Assembly (NCBI GenBank): GCA_036336595.1
Contig: JAYZFV010000056.1
Coordinates: 907-64,906 of the forward strand
Source: Thermoplasmatota archaeon
GTDB lineage: Archaea > Thermoplasmatota > Poseidoniia > Poseidoniales > Thalassarchaeaceae
Reading direction: 5' to 3'
Length of the DNA stretch: 64,000 bases
A model generated the notes under the pieces. It did not search any database. It was not told the origin of the DNA and worked only from the letters and a program-made list of their open reading frames with translations. The first letter of the stretch is position 1. Every line of letters starts with the position of its first letter. This document shows, piece after piece, positions 28,697-38,540 of the stretch. The position numbers and the translations under genes are program-made.

Positions 28697-29656
28697 CTAA
28701 CGCCTCCTCAGAACGATTACCAAAGCCACGATCAGAATGACTAGGATTACGGATCCACCAATCACGTAAGGCTCCTCGTCCTCGGAGATGCCGAGGTCCT
28801 CGAGAAGGGTGCCATTCTGACCAAACCCGATGTCAGTCACGCCCGACTCCTTGGCATTCACCGTCAAAGTCAGTGAATCCTCCTGCTGGCACGATTGTGC
28901 AGTAACTGTCCTCTCATCGACGATTACGAGGCACCCATTCCACGGATCAGCTAGGTTCACAGGGGTCGTTACTAGGAACTGGCAATTGCTCATGCCGTTA
29001 CCGTTTGAGATTTGAACCTCGCAATCCTGCTCGCTCACGTCATTGAAGCCAGAGGGCCACATCTCCTCCTGGCTCGATCCATCGCTAACTATGTGCAACT
29101 CCACCTTGAGGCCCTGGTCTCTGTTGCTCTCACAGGAGTATGAGGCGCTGACTGAGACGTCCTCCCCGGCCTCAACCGTCAACGAGCTTTGGCCATAAGC
29201 AACTCCACAGTCGATGAACTCAGGTACGATGGCGTCTAGAGAGTAGGTTTCGTTCTCGGTGATGAATCCCACTGGTATTCCTCCCACAGCACTCGTGACC
29301 TGCGCAGAGACGGTCAACTCGTAAGTACCGACTTCGACGCTTTTGTCGACGAGCATGGTGACTTCGAAACTCACCGTGGCACCCGATTCCACAGTGATAG
29401 AATTCGGCCCGTCAGCATCTATAGAAGCAGTATCGTAGCCAATCGTGACGTCTTCGGAATACGCGGTCGGATTCTCCACCGTGCAGTGAACCTGAGCGCT
29501 ATCCGTAGTGGAAGAGAACTCGAACTCAATCTGCGACTCGACGCAATCGAGGTTGATGGAGGGGAAGACCTGATCCTGGGCCGAAGCGACCGGGGCAGCC
29601 AGACTCGCCGCAAGCAGAACTGCGACCCAGAGAGCTCTCGATAGCCACCCCTCCAT
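28697..29656 (-). CDS. Secreted acidic cell-surface protein with C-terminal TM anchor
   Basis: Start chosen at MEGWLSRALWVAVLLAASLAAPVASA signal peptide (29656), because the longer ORF would overlap the divergent chaperonin gene. C-terminal anchor VIGGSVILVILIVALVIVLRRR. Lower GC than the backbone. Confidence 0.45.
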   Translation of the reverse strand: MEGWLSRALWVAVLLAASLAAPVASAQDQVFPSINLDCVESQIEFEFSSTTDSAQVHCTVENPTAYSEDVTIGYDTASIDADGPNSITVESGATVSFEVTMLVDKSVEVGTYELTVSAQVTSAVGGIPVGFITENETYSLDAIVPEFIDCGVAYGQSSLTVEAGEDVSVSASYSCESNRDQGLKVELHIVSDGSSQEEMWPSGFNDVSEQDCEVQISNGNGMSNCQFLVTTPVNLADPWNGCLVIVDERTVTAQSCQQEDSLTLTVNAKESGVTDIGFGQNGTLLEDLGISEDEEPYVIGGSVILVILIVALVIVLRRR

Positions 29657-29764
29657 GTCTGATTCGCCACTCCGCTCTGCCATAGATATTCGCACCTCCG
29701 GCTCGGCAACCAAGCGAATTCGCTGCTCAAAGCATTCATGTCGCCCCCTCTCCGCGAATAGACC

Positions 29765-31333
29765 ATGAGCGAGGGTGCAGACCGGCCCAAGGTCGTCATC
29801 GTCCCTGAGCACACCAAAGTCACAAGCGGCACCGAGGTTCAGGAGAAGCTAATCATCGCCGCCCGTGTATTCTCCGACCTGCTCAAGCCGACATTCGGCC
29901 CAAGGGGACTCGACAAGATGCTCTACAAGACCGACGGCGCAACCGCGGTCACGAACGACGGCGCTAAGATCGTCGCCGAGCTCCTCGTCAGGCACCCAGC
30001 GGCGAAGATGATGGTCTCGATGGCCAACTCTCAGGAGGAGGATTGCGGCGATGGCGTTACCACCACGATGCTAATCTGCGGCTCACTGCTGATTGAGGCT
30101 AACACCCTGCTGCGCAAAGGGCTCCACCCGCTTACCCTCGTTGACGGCTACGCCCTCGCCCTCGAGGCGGCTCGTGAGCAGATGAGTGCCGATGAACGAG
30201 AGTCAGACAAGCCCGGTCTAGTGGCCGTGGCCGAGACAGCCCTTCGCGGCAAGGTCGCCGAGTCCGCTCTGGACCTCTTCGCCCCGATGATCGTCGAGGC
30301 GCTCTCCATTGTCTCAAAAAATCGCGAGGGCGCGGGCGCTGAGCACGTCACAATGCACAAGACAGGCACCGGTGGACTGAGAGACTCTCGCTTGGTCAGC
30401 GGTATCATCGTCAACAGGCGGGTGATAATGGATGGACTTCCCAACGACTTGAGTGACGCCAAAGTCGCCTGCCTAGACGGGGACCTCAAGATGAGGGAGC
30501 TGACTAGGGACATCGAGATCAAGATCACCAATGCAGGCGAACTGGACTCTTTCGTCGAAGCCGAGCACGAGCGCAGGGATGCGATTGCCGCGAGCGTCAT
30601 CGGCAGCGGAGCGAGCGCCGTGTTATGCTCCGGTGAGATCGACAGGGACATCCTACACCGTCTTGCAGATTCGGGCGTCCTCGCCGTCGGCGAGTTGGAC
30701 TCAAGTGAGATACGCAACGCATCCGAGGCTCTGGGTGCGAGGTTGGTCGACTCGCCCTTGGATCTTGAGGCCTCGGATTTGGGTCACTGCGGCCGACTCT
30801 CGTGGGAGAGGCGAGAGGAATCAGACAGCGTAGAGGACGTGATTCGTATCGAGAACTGCCCAAGCCCCGCCATCGTTACCATAGAAGTGGGAGGGGCCGG
30901 CGAGACTGGAACTGAGGAGGTCATTCGCGGGCTGCACGACTCCTTACGAGCAACCTCGCTGGCATTCGATGAGGAACTGCTGCCCGGAGCAGGTTCCATC
31001 CACGCTAGGATGGCCCACGCGGTTAGAAGGGCATTGGAGTCTCAGGGAGGCCGGGAGAGGCTCGCCATGGAGGCGTTTGCCAGAGCACTTGAGACGATAC
31101 CCGCAACCCTATCGGAAAACGGAGGCGACGATCCCCTAGACCGCGTGCTGGAGCTCCGAGCCGCTGCGAGGGAGGGAACCGCCCCGGTGGGAATTTCCCC
31201 AGAAGGCAAGACTTGGGAGGTCAATGGCGTCTTGCACCCTCGTTCGGTCATAGAGAACTCTCTCGTCTCCGCTACCGGGACCGCGATGAGCATGCTCCGA
31301 ATCGATCAGGTCATCTCGGCACGAGGCGACTAG
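29765..31333 (+). CDS. Group II chaperonin (thermosome/CCT family), divergent paralog
   Basis: 522 aa. GPRGLDKML, VTNDGAKIV and GDGVTTTMLICGSLL correspond to the GPKGMDKML, ITNDGATIL and GDGTTTAVVLAGELL motifs, with atypical substitutions. Confidence 0.7.
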   Translation: MSEGADRPKVVIVPEHTKVTSGTEVQEKLIIAARVFSDLLKPTFGPRGLDKMLYKTDGATAVTNDGAKIVAELLVRHPAAKMMVSMANSQEEDCGDGVTTTMLICGSLLIEANTLLRKGLHPLTLVDGYALALEAAREQMSADERESDKPGLVAVAETALRGKVAESALDLFAPMIVEALSIVSKNREGAGAEHVTMHKTGTGGLRDSRLVSGIIVNRRVIMDGLPNDLSDAKVACLDGDLKMRELTRDIEIKITNAGELDSFVEAEHERRDAIAASVIGSGASAVLCSGEIDRDILHRLADSGVLAVGELDSSEIRNASEALGARLVDSPLDLEASDLGHCGRLSWERREESDSVEDVIRIENCPSPAIVTIEVGGAGETGTEEVIRGLHDSLRATSLAFDEELLPGAGSIHARMAHAVRRALESQGGRERLAMEAFARALETIPATLSENGGDDPLDRVLELRAAAREGTAPVGISPEGKTWEVNGVLHPRSVIENSLVSATGTAMSMLRIDQVISARGD

Positions 31334-31379
31334 GGCTGTGGACGCGAACCATTCAAGACCGCCGCACTCACGCGAAATC

Positions 31380-32969
31380 ATGGTCTCGCCGCGCGCCCTG
31401 CTGAGCGTCTGGGATAAGTCAGGAATCGAGGACCTCGGAGTGGCTCTCGCAGGCATGGGCTGGGAGTTGCTGTCCACAGGTGGAACTGCACGCGCACTCA
31501 GTGAATCGGGACTGGAAGTCAAAGAAGTGAGCGAAGACACCGGCCACCCGGAGGCCTTCGATGGCCGCGTCAAGACGCTTCACCCCGCCGTCCACGGCGG
31601 AATCCTCGCACGTCGTGATCACAAGGAAGACATGGACACCCTCTCAGATCTAGGATACGGAACAATCGACCTTGTGTGCGTCAATCTGTATCCCTTTGAA
31701 GCGGTCGCCGCGCGCGATCCCCCCGCGCCCATTGACGAACTCATCGAGATGATCGATATCGGCGGGCCGACCATGATTCGTTCAGCCGCCAAGAACCACC
31801 GCGACGTGCTGGTGCTCACCCATCCCGACCAGTATCCCGGAGTGCTGGACGCTCTCGCCACCGCTGACGGCAGCCCATCGGGAGTCGACGACGAGGCCCG
31901 AGAGGAGTTGGCGCTCGCCGCCTACCAGAGGACTACGGCCTACGATGCGGCGGTCTCCAACGAACTTGAGGGCAGGTTCGCAGACTCGGACGTGCCCTCT
32001 CGCATCCTCCTCGCATCCGGTTTGGGAACCAGACTGCGCTACGGCGAGAACCCCCACCAGCCCGCCGCGTTCTACCCCGAATCCTCAGTATCCGGACCAT
32101 CGGGCCTCGCAGCAGCTGCCCAGCACTGCGGGAAGGAACTATCGTACAACAACTACCTCGACCTCGACGGTGCCCTGCGCCTCGGACGTTCCCTCTATGC
32201 CACCTACTCTGGCGAGTCCCATTGCTGCATCCTCGTCAAGCACACCAATCCCTGTGGCGCAGCTGTCGACGTCACTCAGATCGACGCGTGGCGAAACGCA
32301 CTGGCAAGTGATTCCGAGAGTGCGTTCGGCTGCGTCATCGCCTTCACTAAACCGGTAGAAAAGGGGACTGCTGAGGCGATAGGGGGCCATTTCTTCGAGT
32401 GCATGATCGCGCCGGGCTACGAACCGGGGGCACTGGACATCCTCTCCGCCAAGAAGAACCGCAGGATTCTCACTCTAGACCCGTTCAAGCCGAGGGTAGA
32501 TGAGGTCAGGCTGCGACAGATCGATGGAGGCTGGCTGTCCCAGATGCAGGGTCCACCAAAGATTGACTGGGACGAGGTGAGTTGTGTAACCGAGCGACAG
32601 GTCGGCACCCCTGAGGTCACTCTGGCCCGTTTTGGCTCAGCGGTTCTAGCAGAGGTCAAGTCTAACGCGATCATTCTGGTTGCGAGGACAGAGACAGGCT
32701 GCGCGACGGTAGGCGTTGGCCCGGGCCAGACCAGCAGGGTCGAGGCGGTGAGGATCGCTGCCCATAGGGCGAGCGGGCGAGCACAGGGATCCATGATGGT
32801 CTCGGATGCCTTCTTCCCGTTCAGGGATGGCATCGATGCGGCTCACGAGGCCGGTGTGGCCGTCGTGGTACAACCAGGCGGCTCGGTGCGTGACCAGGAA
32901 TCGATAGACGCAGCCAACGAGCACGGCATGGCCATGCTCCTCACTGGAACCAGACTGTTCCTCCACTGA
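31380..32969 (+). CDS. purH: Bifunctional AICAR transformylase / IMP cyclohydrolase
   Basis: Internal ATG at 31380. [17 protein letters not shown]-like N-terminus and an AICARFT C-terminal domain. Confidence 0.85.
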   Translation: MVSPRALLSVWDKSGIEDLGVALAGMGWELLSTGGTARALSESGLEVKEVSEDTGHPEAFDGRVKTLHPAVHGGILARRDHKEDMDTLSDLGYGTIDLVCVNLYPFEAVAARDPPAPIDELIEMIDIGGPTMIRSAAKNHRDVLVLTHPDQYPGVLDALATADGSPSGVDDEAREELALAAYQRTTAYDAAVSNELEGRFADSDVPSRILLASGLGTRLRYGENPHQPAAFYPESSVSGPSGLAAAAQHCGKELSYNNYLDLDGALRLGRSLYATYSGESHCCILVKHTNPCGAAVDVTQIDAWRNALASDSESAFGCVIAFTKPVEKGTAEAIGGHFFECMIAPGYEPGALDILSAKKNRRILTLDPFKPRVDEVRLRQIDGGWLSQMQGPPKIDWDEVSCVTERQVGTPEVTLARFGSAVLAEVKSNAIILVARTETGCATVGVGPGQTSRVEAVRIAAHRASGRAQGSMMVSDAFFPFRDGIDAAHEAGVAVVVQPGGSVRDQESIDAANEHGMAMLLTGTRLFLH

Positions 32970-33042
32970 GTCAGCCCTGCCCCCATCTCGTCATTCACCA
33001 CGAGCGGCGGCACCATCATACCCCAGACTCATATGGCGATGC

Positions 33043-34080
33043 ATGACCCCTGACTCCCCGGGTCCGCCGAATGCTTACGACGATGTCGTCTCCGCTATCG
33101 GAAACACCCCACTAATCAGGCTCAACCGCCTCACTGAAGGGTTGCAGACCTCATCCGTCTGGGTCAAGTTGGAACGCTGCAATCCAGGCGGTTCCATCAA
33201 GGACAGGATTGGCTTGCAGATGGTCCTAGACGCCGAGTCCAAGGGGTTGCTGAAACCAGGGGGAGTGATCGTCGAAGCGACCTCTGGCAATACAGGAATG
33301 GGGTTGGCAATCGTGGCAGCACAGCGAGGGTACCGCTGCATCTTCACCATCCCCGACAAGATGAGCGACGAGAAGATCACATTGCTGCGGGCGATAGGCG
33401 CCGAGGTGCACGTTTGTCCCGCCGCGGTCGAGAAGGAGGACCCTCGCTCCTACTACGAGGTCGCGGCTCGCTTGGCCAGGGAGATTCCTGGTGCCTGGTA
33501 TCCTGACCAGTATTCGCATCAGGCCAACCCGCTGGCCCACCTGCTCTCCACCGGTCCTGAGATTTGGGAGCAGACTGGGGGCAGATTGACCCACTTCGTG
33601 GCGACGATGGGAACGGGTGGCACGATTACGGGAACCGCACGTGCACTGAGGGATCTGGCCGAATCCAACGGTCGAAATCCACCGATGATCGTAGGTGTCG
33701 ACGCAACCGGCTCCATTCTGAAACAATGGTTTGAGGAAGGCACCGTGGGTATGGCCCACGCCTACAAGGTAGAAGGCTTCGGGGAGGATTTTATCCCCGC
33801 GGCCACCGATTTCTCACTAATCGACGAGATACACCAGGTCGACGACGGCACGTGCTTCCGCTGGGCTAGAGCTTTGGCTAAGCGCGAGGGAATGTTCTGC
33901 GGGGGCTCGTGCGGCGGGGCGATCAAGGTGGCCCTCGATATCGCCGAGCGAGCCGATGCGGCCGGCGAGGCAGCGATGATTGTGGCCATCCTCCCGGATG
34001 CGGGCAATCCATACCTCTCCAAATTCTACGACGATGAGTGGCTGTTGGAGAACGGATGGGACCCGAAGGACTGGGAGTGA
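33043..34080 (+). CDS. Cysteine synthase / cystathionine beta-synthase family PLP enzyme
   Basis: 345 aa. IGNTPLIRL, PGGSIKDRIG, SGNTGMGLA motifs. Confidence 0.75.
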   Translation: MTPDSPGPPNAYDDVVSAIGNTPLIRLNRLTEGLQTSSVWVKLERCNPGGSIKDRIGLQMVLDAESKGLLKPGGVIVEATSGNTGMGLAIVAAQRGYRCIFTIPDKMSDEKITLLRAIGAEVHVCPAAVEKEDPRSYYEVAARLAREIPGAWYPDQYSHQANPLAHLLSTGPEIWEQTGGRLTHFVATMGTGGTITGTARALRDLAESNGRNPPMIVGVDATGSILKQWFEEGTVGMAHAYKVEGFGEDFIPAATDFSLIDEIHQVDDGTCFRWARALAKREGMFCGGSCGGAIKVALDIAERADAAGEAAMIVAILPDAGNPYLSKFYDDEWLLENGWDPKDWE

Positions 34081-34086
34081 ATCGCT

Positions 34087-35265
34087 TCAGGCACTCTTGA
34101 AGGCCTGTTCCAAATCGGCGATTATGTCATCCGGGTCCTCGACTCCGACAGACAGGCGCACCAGTCCGTCGGAGAAACCGCGAGCCAGCCTCTCTTCCTG
34201 AGGAACCTCTGCATGGGTCATGGTGGCCGGGTGGGTGATCATCGTCTCCACCGAACCCAGACTCTCAGCCAGCAGACACAACTCCACGGAATTCATCAAC
34301 GCCTTTCCTGATTCCAAACCACCCTCCAGCTCGAAGGAAATCATTCCGCTGTACCCGCTCATCTGCTCGACTGCAATCTGATGGCCTGGATGGGAGACCA
34401 GGCCGGGATACGTCACCTTCGCCACCTTGGAGTGCCCCTCTAGATAAGCAGCCACCTTCTCAGCATTCTCCCAGTGACGCTGCATTCTCAGATGCAGCGT
34501 CTTGAGACCGAGAATTGTGAGCCAGCAGTCGAACGGGCCAGGAACGGCCCCCACGGTCTTCTGGATGAACTTCAGCCTCTCGTAGAGGTCATCGCGGTTG
34601 GTAATGACCGCGCCGCCGATTAGTTGGTTGTGCCCACTGAGATACTTCGTGGTGCTGTGCAGGACTATGTCAACGCCATACTCGAGGGGTTTGATGAATA
34701 CCGGGGTGGCGAAGGTCGAATCAACCACATACAGTAGATCGTGCTCCTTGGCGATTTTGCCCACTGCATCCAGATCGGTGATTCTGAGCAACGGGTTGGT
34801 GGGCGTCTCTATCCAGATCATCTTCGTCTCGGGCCTGATGGCCGCTTCCACGTTCGTCGCGTCTTGGGAGTCCACATACGAGAAATGCATGTCATAATTC
34901 ACCAACAGTCGATTGAAATGGCGCGAAGTGCCGCCATAGACATCATCCGAGCAAATGACGTGGTCGCCGGATCCGAGCAGTTTCAGACAACTGTCCACAC
35001 TTGCCATCCCACTGGAGAAGGCCACTCCGTATCTACCCCCTTCAATGGCGGCAAGATGCTCCTCCAACACCTGGCGGGTCGGGTTGGATGATCTGGTGTA
35101 ATCGAAGCCCTTGTCCCGACCCACTTCTTCCAAAACATAGGTTGCAGTCTGATATAGAGGGGGAATAATCGCCCCCGTGGTAGGGTCGGGCTCACTGCGT
35201 CCTCTCACTATTGTCGTGTCGAATTCCATGCCATCCCTCATCCAATGCGTCAAGCAATCTAGCAA
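34087..35265 (-). CDS. Cystathionine gamma-lyase/gamma-synthase family PLP enzyme
   Basis: 392 aa. YTRSSNPTRQVLE and FSSGMAS motifs of the Cys/Met PLP family. Second paralog in the window. Confidence 0.75.
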   Translation of the reverse strand: MLDCLTHWMRDGMEFDTTIVRGRSEPDPTTGAIIPPLYQTATYVLEEVGRDKGFDYTRSSNPTRQVLEEHLAAIEGGRYGVAFSSGMASVDSCLKLLGSGDHVICSDDVYGGTSRHFNRLLVNYDMHFSYVDSQDATNVEAAIRPETKMIWIETPTNPLLRITDLDAVGKIAKEHDLLYVVDSTFATPVFIKPLEYGVDIVLHSTTKYLSGHNQLIGGAVITNRDDLYERLKFIQKTVGAVPGPFDCWLTILGLKTLHLRMQRHWENAEKVAAYLEGHSKVAKVTYPGLVSHPGHQIAVEQMSGYSGMISFELEGGLESGKALMNSVELCLLAESLGSVETMITHPATMTHAEVPQEERLARGFSDGLVRLSVGVEDPDDIIADLEQAFKSA

Positions 35266-35304
35266 AAGTGTTTCAGTGCAACGACCCCATCCAGTAGAGT
35301 TGGA

Positions 35305-35820
35305 TCACTTGCGAGTCGGGACCTTGAAGCCGACGTACCACACTCCAATAATCCCGACTAGGATGATCGTTCCAGCGCCGAAACCAGGATCTGCCCCATT
35401 CCACGTCGTAGGATTGGTCAGCACCCCCTCCCCTCGCGTTGATACGTGCCAAACGAAGTAAGCCGAGAGGGACGTCATCAAGGCGATGAATCCGACGGTG
35501 ACGTACTTGGCGTGCTGGGGAATGGTTTTGCCAGAGGCGTAGTACTCGAACATCGCGGCCCCGAAGTAGGGATTGGTCAGTGTCTTGCGAAACATCCTCT
35601 CGCTGGAGAGTGAGAACAGAAAGGCAGCCGGGACCGCCCAGGAGACGGTAGGCCACCCGGGAATCCAGATGCCGATAACCGCGAACGCGAGGAAGAGCGT
35701 TCCGATGCCGACGTACAGCCTGCCCTTGCCAGGAGTACTCGCCACGCAGTAGCGCTCGACAATCTCATCGACGGTCTGCAGCCTATCCACAGCGGACCCT
35801 CCAGTGGGTTGCCGACGCAT
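35305..35820 (-). CDS. DUF454/YbaN-family membrane protein
   Basis: Start at internal ATG 35820 (MRRQPTGG). GIGTLFLAFAVIGIWIPGWPT matches the YbaN lGiiGifLPlLPTTPF pattern. Confidence 0.5.
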   Translation of the reverse strand: MRRQPTGGSAVDRLQTVDEIVERYCVASTPGKGRLYVGIGTLFLAFAVIGIWIPGWPTVSWAVPAAFLFSLSSERMFRKTLTNPYFGAAMFEYYASGKTIPQHAKYVTVGFIALMTSLSAYFVWHVSTRGEGVLTNPTTWNGADPGFGAGTIILVGIIGVWYVGFKVPTRK

Positions 35821-35912
35821 CACGTGTATAAGGCCAGATGTACCACCTCGCGACCCTCTCTGCGAACATGTTCGTGCCGAACCCTCAAGCGCGCCCTGCC
35901 CCTCAACGTGCC

Positions 35913-36548
35913 ATGCGCTTGGGTTACGTACTGCCACGAGCAGCCATTCCCGAGGACCCGATTCGCATCGCGGTCTTGATTTCTGGAGGTGGTTCTGGCC
36001 TTGAGGCCCTGCTGAACTACCAGCATGACCAGCCGCGCTGCCACCGAACCATCCTCGTGCTCGCTGACAGCCCGCACGCGGGCGGTTTGGAGCACGGTAG
36101 CAGACACGGCGTAAAATCCGTCAGCGTCCCATTGCCCATGGAGATCAACAAACCCGAACGACGTGTCGCACACGAGCATTTGGTACACGGCGAACTGGTC
36201 GCTTCGGATGTCGAACTCGTAGTGCTGAGTGGCTACATGCGCATCCTCACCCCCTGGTTCGTGTCACGCTGGAAGGGGCGTCTGGTCAACATCCACCCCT
36301 CTTTGTTGCCGGACTTCCCAGGTGCACATGCGCACAGGGATGCCCTAGCAGCTGGGGCCAGCGTCACTGGGTGCACGGTGCACCTAGTCGACGAGCGCGT
36401 CGATTCGGGACCGATTCTCGCGCAGAGTCAGGTGGAGGTGCTACCCGGTGACGACGAGGAGGCCCTGCAGGAGCGCGTCAAGAGGGCCGAGCACGTCCTC
36501 TACCCGAAGACTCTCGACCGGCTATGCTCAGGACAGGTCTTGCTCTAG
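35913..36548 (+). CDS. purN: Phosphoribosylglycinamide formyltransferase
   Basis: Internal ATG at 35913. IAVLISGGGSGLEAL and NIHPSLLPDFPG motifs. Confidence 0.8.
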   Translation: MRLGYVLPRAAIPEDPIRIAVLISGGGSGLEALLNYQHDQPRCHRTILVLADSPHAGGLEHGSRHGVKSVSVPLPMEINKPERRVAHEHLVHGELVASDVELVVLSGYMRILTPWFVSRWKGRLVNIHPSLLPDFPGAHAHRDALAAGASVTGCTVHLVDERVDSGPILAQSQVEVLPGDDEEALQERVKRAEHVLYPKTLDRLCSGQVLL

Positions 36549-37106
36549 GTCCTCTGGACGGTTGACGTTCCGTAGCACTTGCGGATCCTCCACAAGCACG
36601 GAGTGCTGTGTCTCTGAGAACTGGACGTGAAGCGGTCTCCGGTCACCACCACCAATCATTTTGAGGATTCGCTGCGGACGAATCAGTGCCAACAGGGGGT
36701 GCGGCCTCTCTCCGTCATGAGGCATGATTAATGCGTCCCGTTCACCGAGCCCTTCCTCCAGCGACCAGAACAGCTCGGCGGAGATCCAAGGCACGTCTAC
36801 GGGAGCTAGTTGCATGGTTTCTAGATCCTCGCATTGCGGGTCCTCCAGAGCTTCGACCAAAGCGTCGATTGGACCCGCGTGGATACTTCCGTCCAAGACC
36901 CACTCGACTTGTAGCTCCTCATTGATCACAGTTCCGTACCTATCAACATCTTCGGGCCTTGCAACAGCGATTCTGATGGGCTCCCTGCCAGCCTCCGCTA
37001 GAACCCTCGCCACTCTCGCAATCATGGCTTCACCATCGACTTTGACGAGTGCTTTGTCTTCACCCATCCTTGAGGATCGCCCTCCGGCGAGTAACAGGGA
37101 ACGCAC
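36528..37106 (-). CDS. mobA: Molybdenum cofactor guanylyltransferase
   Basis: 192 aa. N-terminal LLAGGRSSRMGEDKAL motif. Confidence 0.7.
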   Translation of the reverse strand: MRSLLLAGGRSSRMGEDKALVKVDGEAMIARVARVLAEAGREPIRIAVARPEDVDRYGTVINEELQVEWVLDGSIHAGPIDALVEALEDPQCEDLETMQLAPVDVPWISAELFWSLEEGLGERDALIMPHDGERPHPLLALIRPQRILKMIGGGDRRPLHVQFSETQHSVLVEDPQVLRNVNRPEDLEQDLS

Positions 37107-37110
37107 CTTG

Positions 37111-37320
37111 TCACCTCAGGTCGTCCAATCGCCTAAGCGCGTACTGAATCTCCTCCATGAGATCGAGTGCCCTATGAATCAGAATTTGCCGGTCCTTGCG
37201 AGCCGAAGTCTCCGCGAGCCATCCCATCAGCTGTGAGATGTCCTGCGCATCTCGCTTGACCGTCCACTCGAGAACCTCCTCGGAAACCGGGTCATCGGAT
37301 GGAAGCAGGCGTTCGGCCAT
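37111..37320 (-). CDS. Small hypothetical protein
   Basis: 69 aa ORF immediately upstream of mobA. No motif. Confidence 0.2.
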   Translation of the reverse strand: MAERLLPSDDPVSEEVLEWTVKRDAQDISQLMGWLAETSARKDRQILIHRALDLMEEIQYALRRLDDLR

Positions 37321-37345
37321 GATTGCGAGAGTGGTCGGTGACGCA

Positions 37346-38005
37346 TCAGTCCTGCGGCTCCCTAGTCACAACTTTGTCCTTTATCCTGCCTAGGAGCGAG
37401 TCGCCGTCGGGAACTCGGACCCCTGACAACAACATAATCACATCATCGCTAGCAGTTGTCCCTTTGATGGTCCCGGCGTAAACCGTGATGAGCGCCAAGT
37501 GGGCTTCGACGAGTCTACCCCCACACCAAGATGCAAGCACTCCTTCACTAGGCATCGGTTTTCCCGCTCTGAGGAGCTCCTCGATGCTGAGCAGCAGCGC
37601 CTCTGCTGGCTCTCTCGAGCCCACCGATGTGGCGAGGGTGCTCCAGGGATCGATTCCTAGAAGGGCGTGATCGATGTTTGCTAGTAGCAGCGCTGCCAGC
37701 GCCACGTCTTCTCTCCCATGCCTCCTCCAGAGCCCGCCAATCAACTTGAGCAGGACCTCCTGCTGCTCGCCAGCCTCGGTTATGAGCCACGAGGCAATGC
37801 GCCTCAGCAGTTCGTCCGGAGTTCCTAGGTGGAATGCGTACCCGGCCGAGGCCCCCAGTCTGTCAGTGCTGGACTTCATGATCATCGCGGGCACGCCGAT
37901 GGGATATGCCTCGCGAACCACATTCGCCAGCCTCCTGTGGGAGCGATGCACACCGCCAGCCTGCCGTTCGAGGAATTCATCAAGAGGTCCTGTGCGACTC
38001 ATCAT
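37346..38005 (-). CDS. Hypothetical alpha-helical (HEAT-like) protein, possibly a DNA alkylation repair (AlkD-like) fold
   Basis: 219 aa. Helical repeat character only; weak. Confidence 0.3.
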   Translation of the reverse strand: MMSRTGPLDEFLERQAGGVHRSHRRLANVVREAYPIGVPAMIMKSSTDRLGASAGYAFHLGTPDELLRRIASWLITEAGEQQEVLLKLIGGLWRRHGREDVALAALLLANIDHALLGIDPWSTLATSVGSREPAEALLLSIEELLRAGKPMPSEGVLASWCGGRLVEAHLALITVYAGTIKGTTASDDVIMLLSGVRVPDGDSLLGRIKDKVVTREPQD

Positions 38006-38505
38006 CCCTGTTCTTTCCTAGAGAGGATATTGATGTTGTCGAATATATCCCCCATCCTGTCAACGGAGTCCTTCAGCCTCATACGAAACTCCTCGATGAA
38101 CGTACGATGAACAATGTCCTCCAGTTGACGGTCTAGGCTCCGTGCTATCGCCCTGTGTTCGGACTCGTCAATGCCGAACATGCTCCTGAGGAACGCAATC
38201 TGGGCTAGAACGTCGTCAGACCTGTCTGTGTGAATCAACATTGCCTCGAGCACCTGCCCGTACACTAGCCTCATCTCCATATTGTCCAGAGCCTCGCCGC
38301 CCCGGGGTTCCTTGCCCTTCATTACGGCCTCGTAGATTGTCCCCGGCTCGTCGTCCTCTAGTTTCATGGCGTGAGCGAGCTTGACCAGCACCCTCTTCTC
38401 ACCATTGGACAACTGACCGTCCCGGAGTGCAAGCTTTGTGGCGTTCCAGAAGACCTTCCTTCGATTGGACTCGACCCCGCCCACACCGTCCGATGAAAGC
38501 CGCAT
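38002..38505 (-). CDS. Hypothetical protein, TerB-like domain (tentative)
   Basis: 167 aa. Two helical half-repeats (SNGEKRVLVKLAHAM; ESEHRAIARSL) resembling TerB/DjlA-N. Weak. Confidence 0.3.
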   Translation of the reverse strand: MRLSSDGVGGVESNRRKVFWNATKLALRDGQLSNGEKRVLVKLAHAMKLEDDEPGTIYEAVMKGKEPRGGEALDNMEMRLVYGQVLEAMLIHTDRSDDVLAQIAFLRSMFGIDESEHRAIARSLDRQLEDIVHRTFIEEFRMRLKDSVDRMGDIFDNINILSRKEQG

Positions 38506-38540
38506 GACTTAACGACTGGGTCGACGGGGACCGTGCAAAT

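Noticed and set aside
28990-29020. T-arm-like GATTTGAACC motif (possible tRNA on the minus strand)
   Set aside because: It lies inside the surface-protein CDS, is preceded by A rather than the G of the canonical T-stem, and no acceptor or anticodon stems can be formed.
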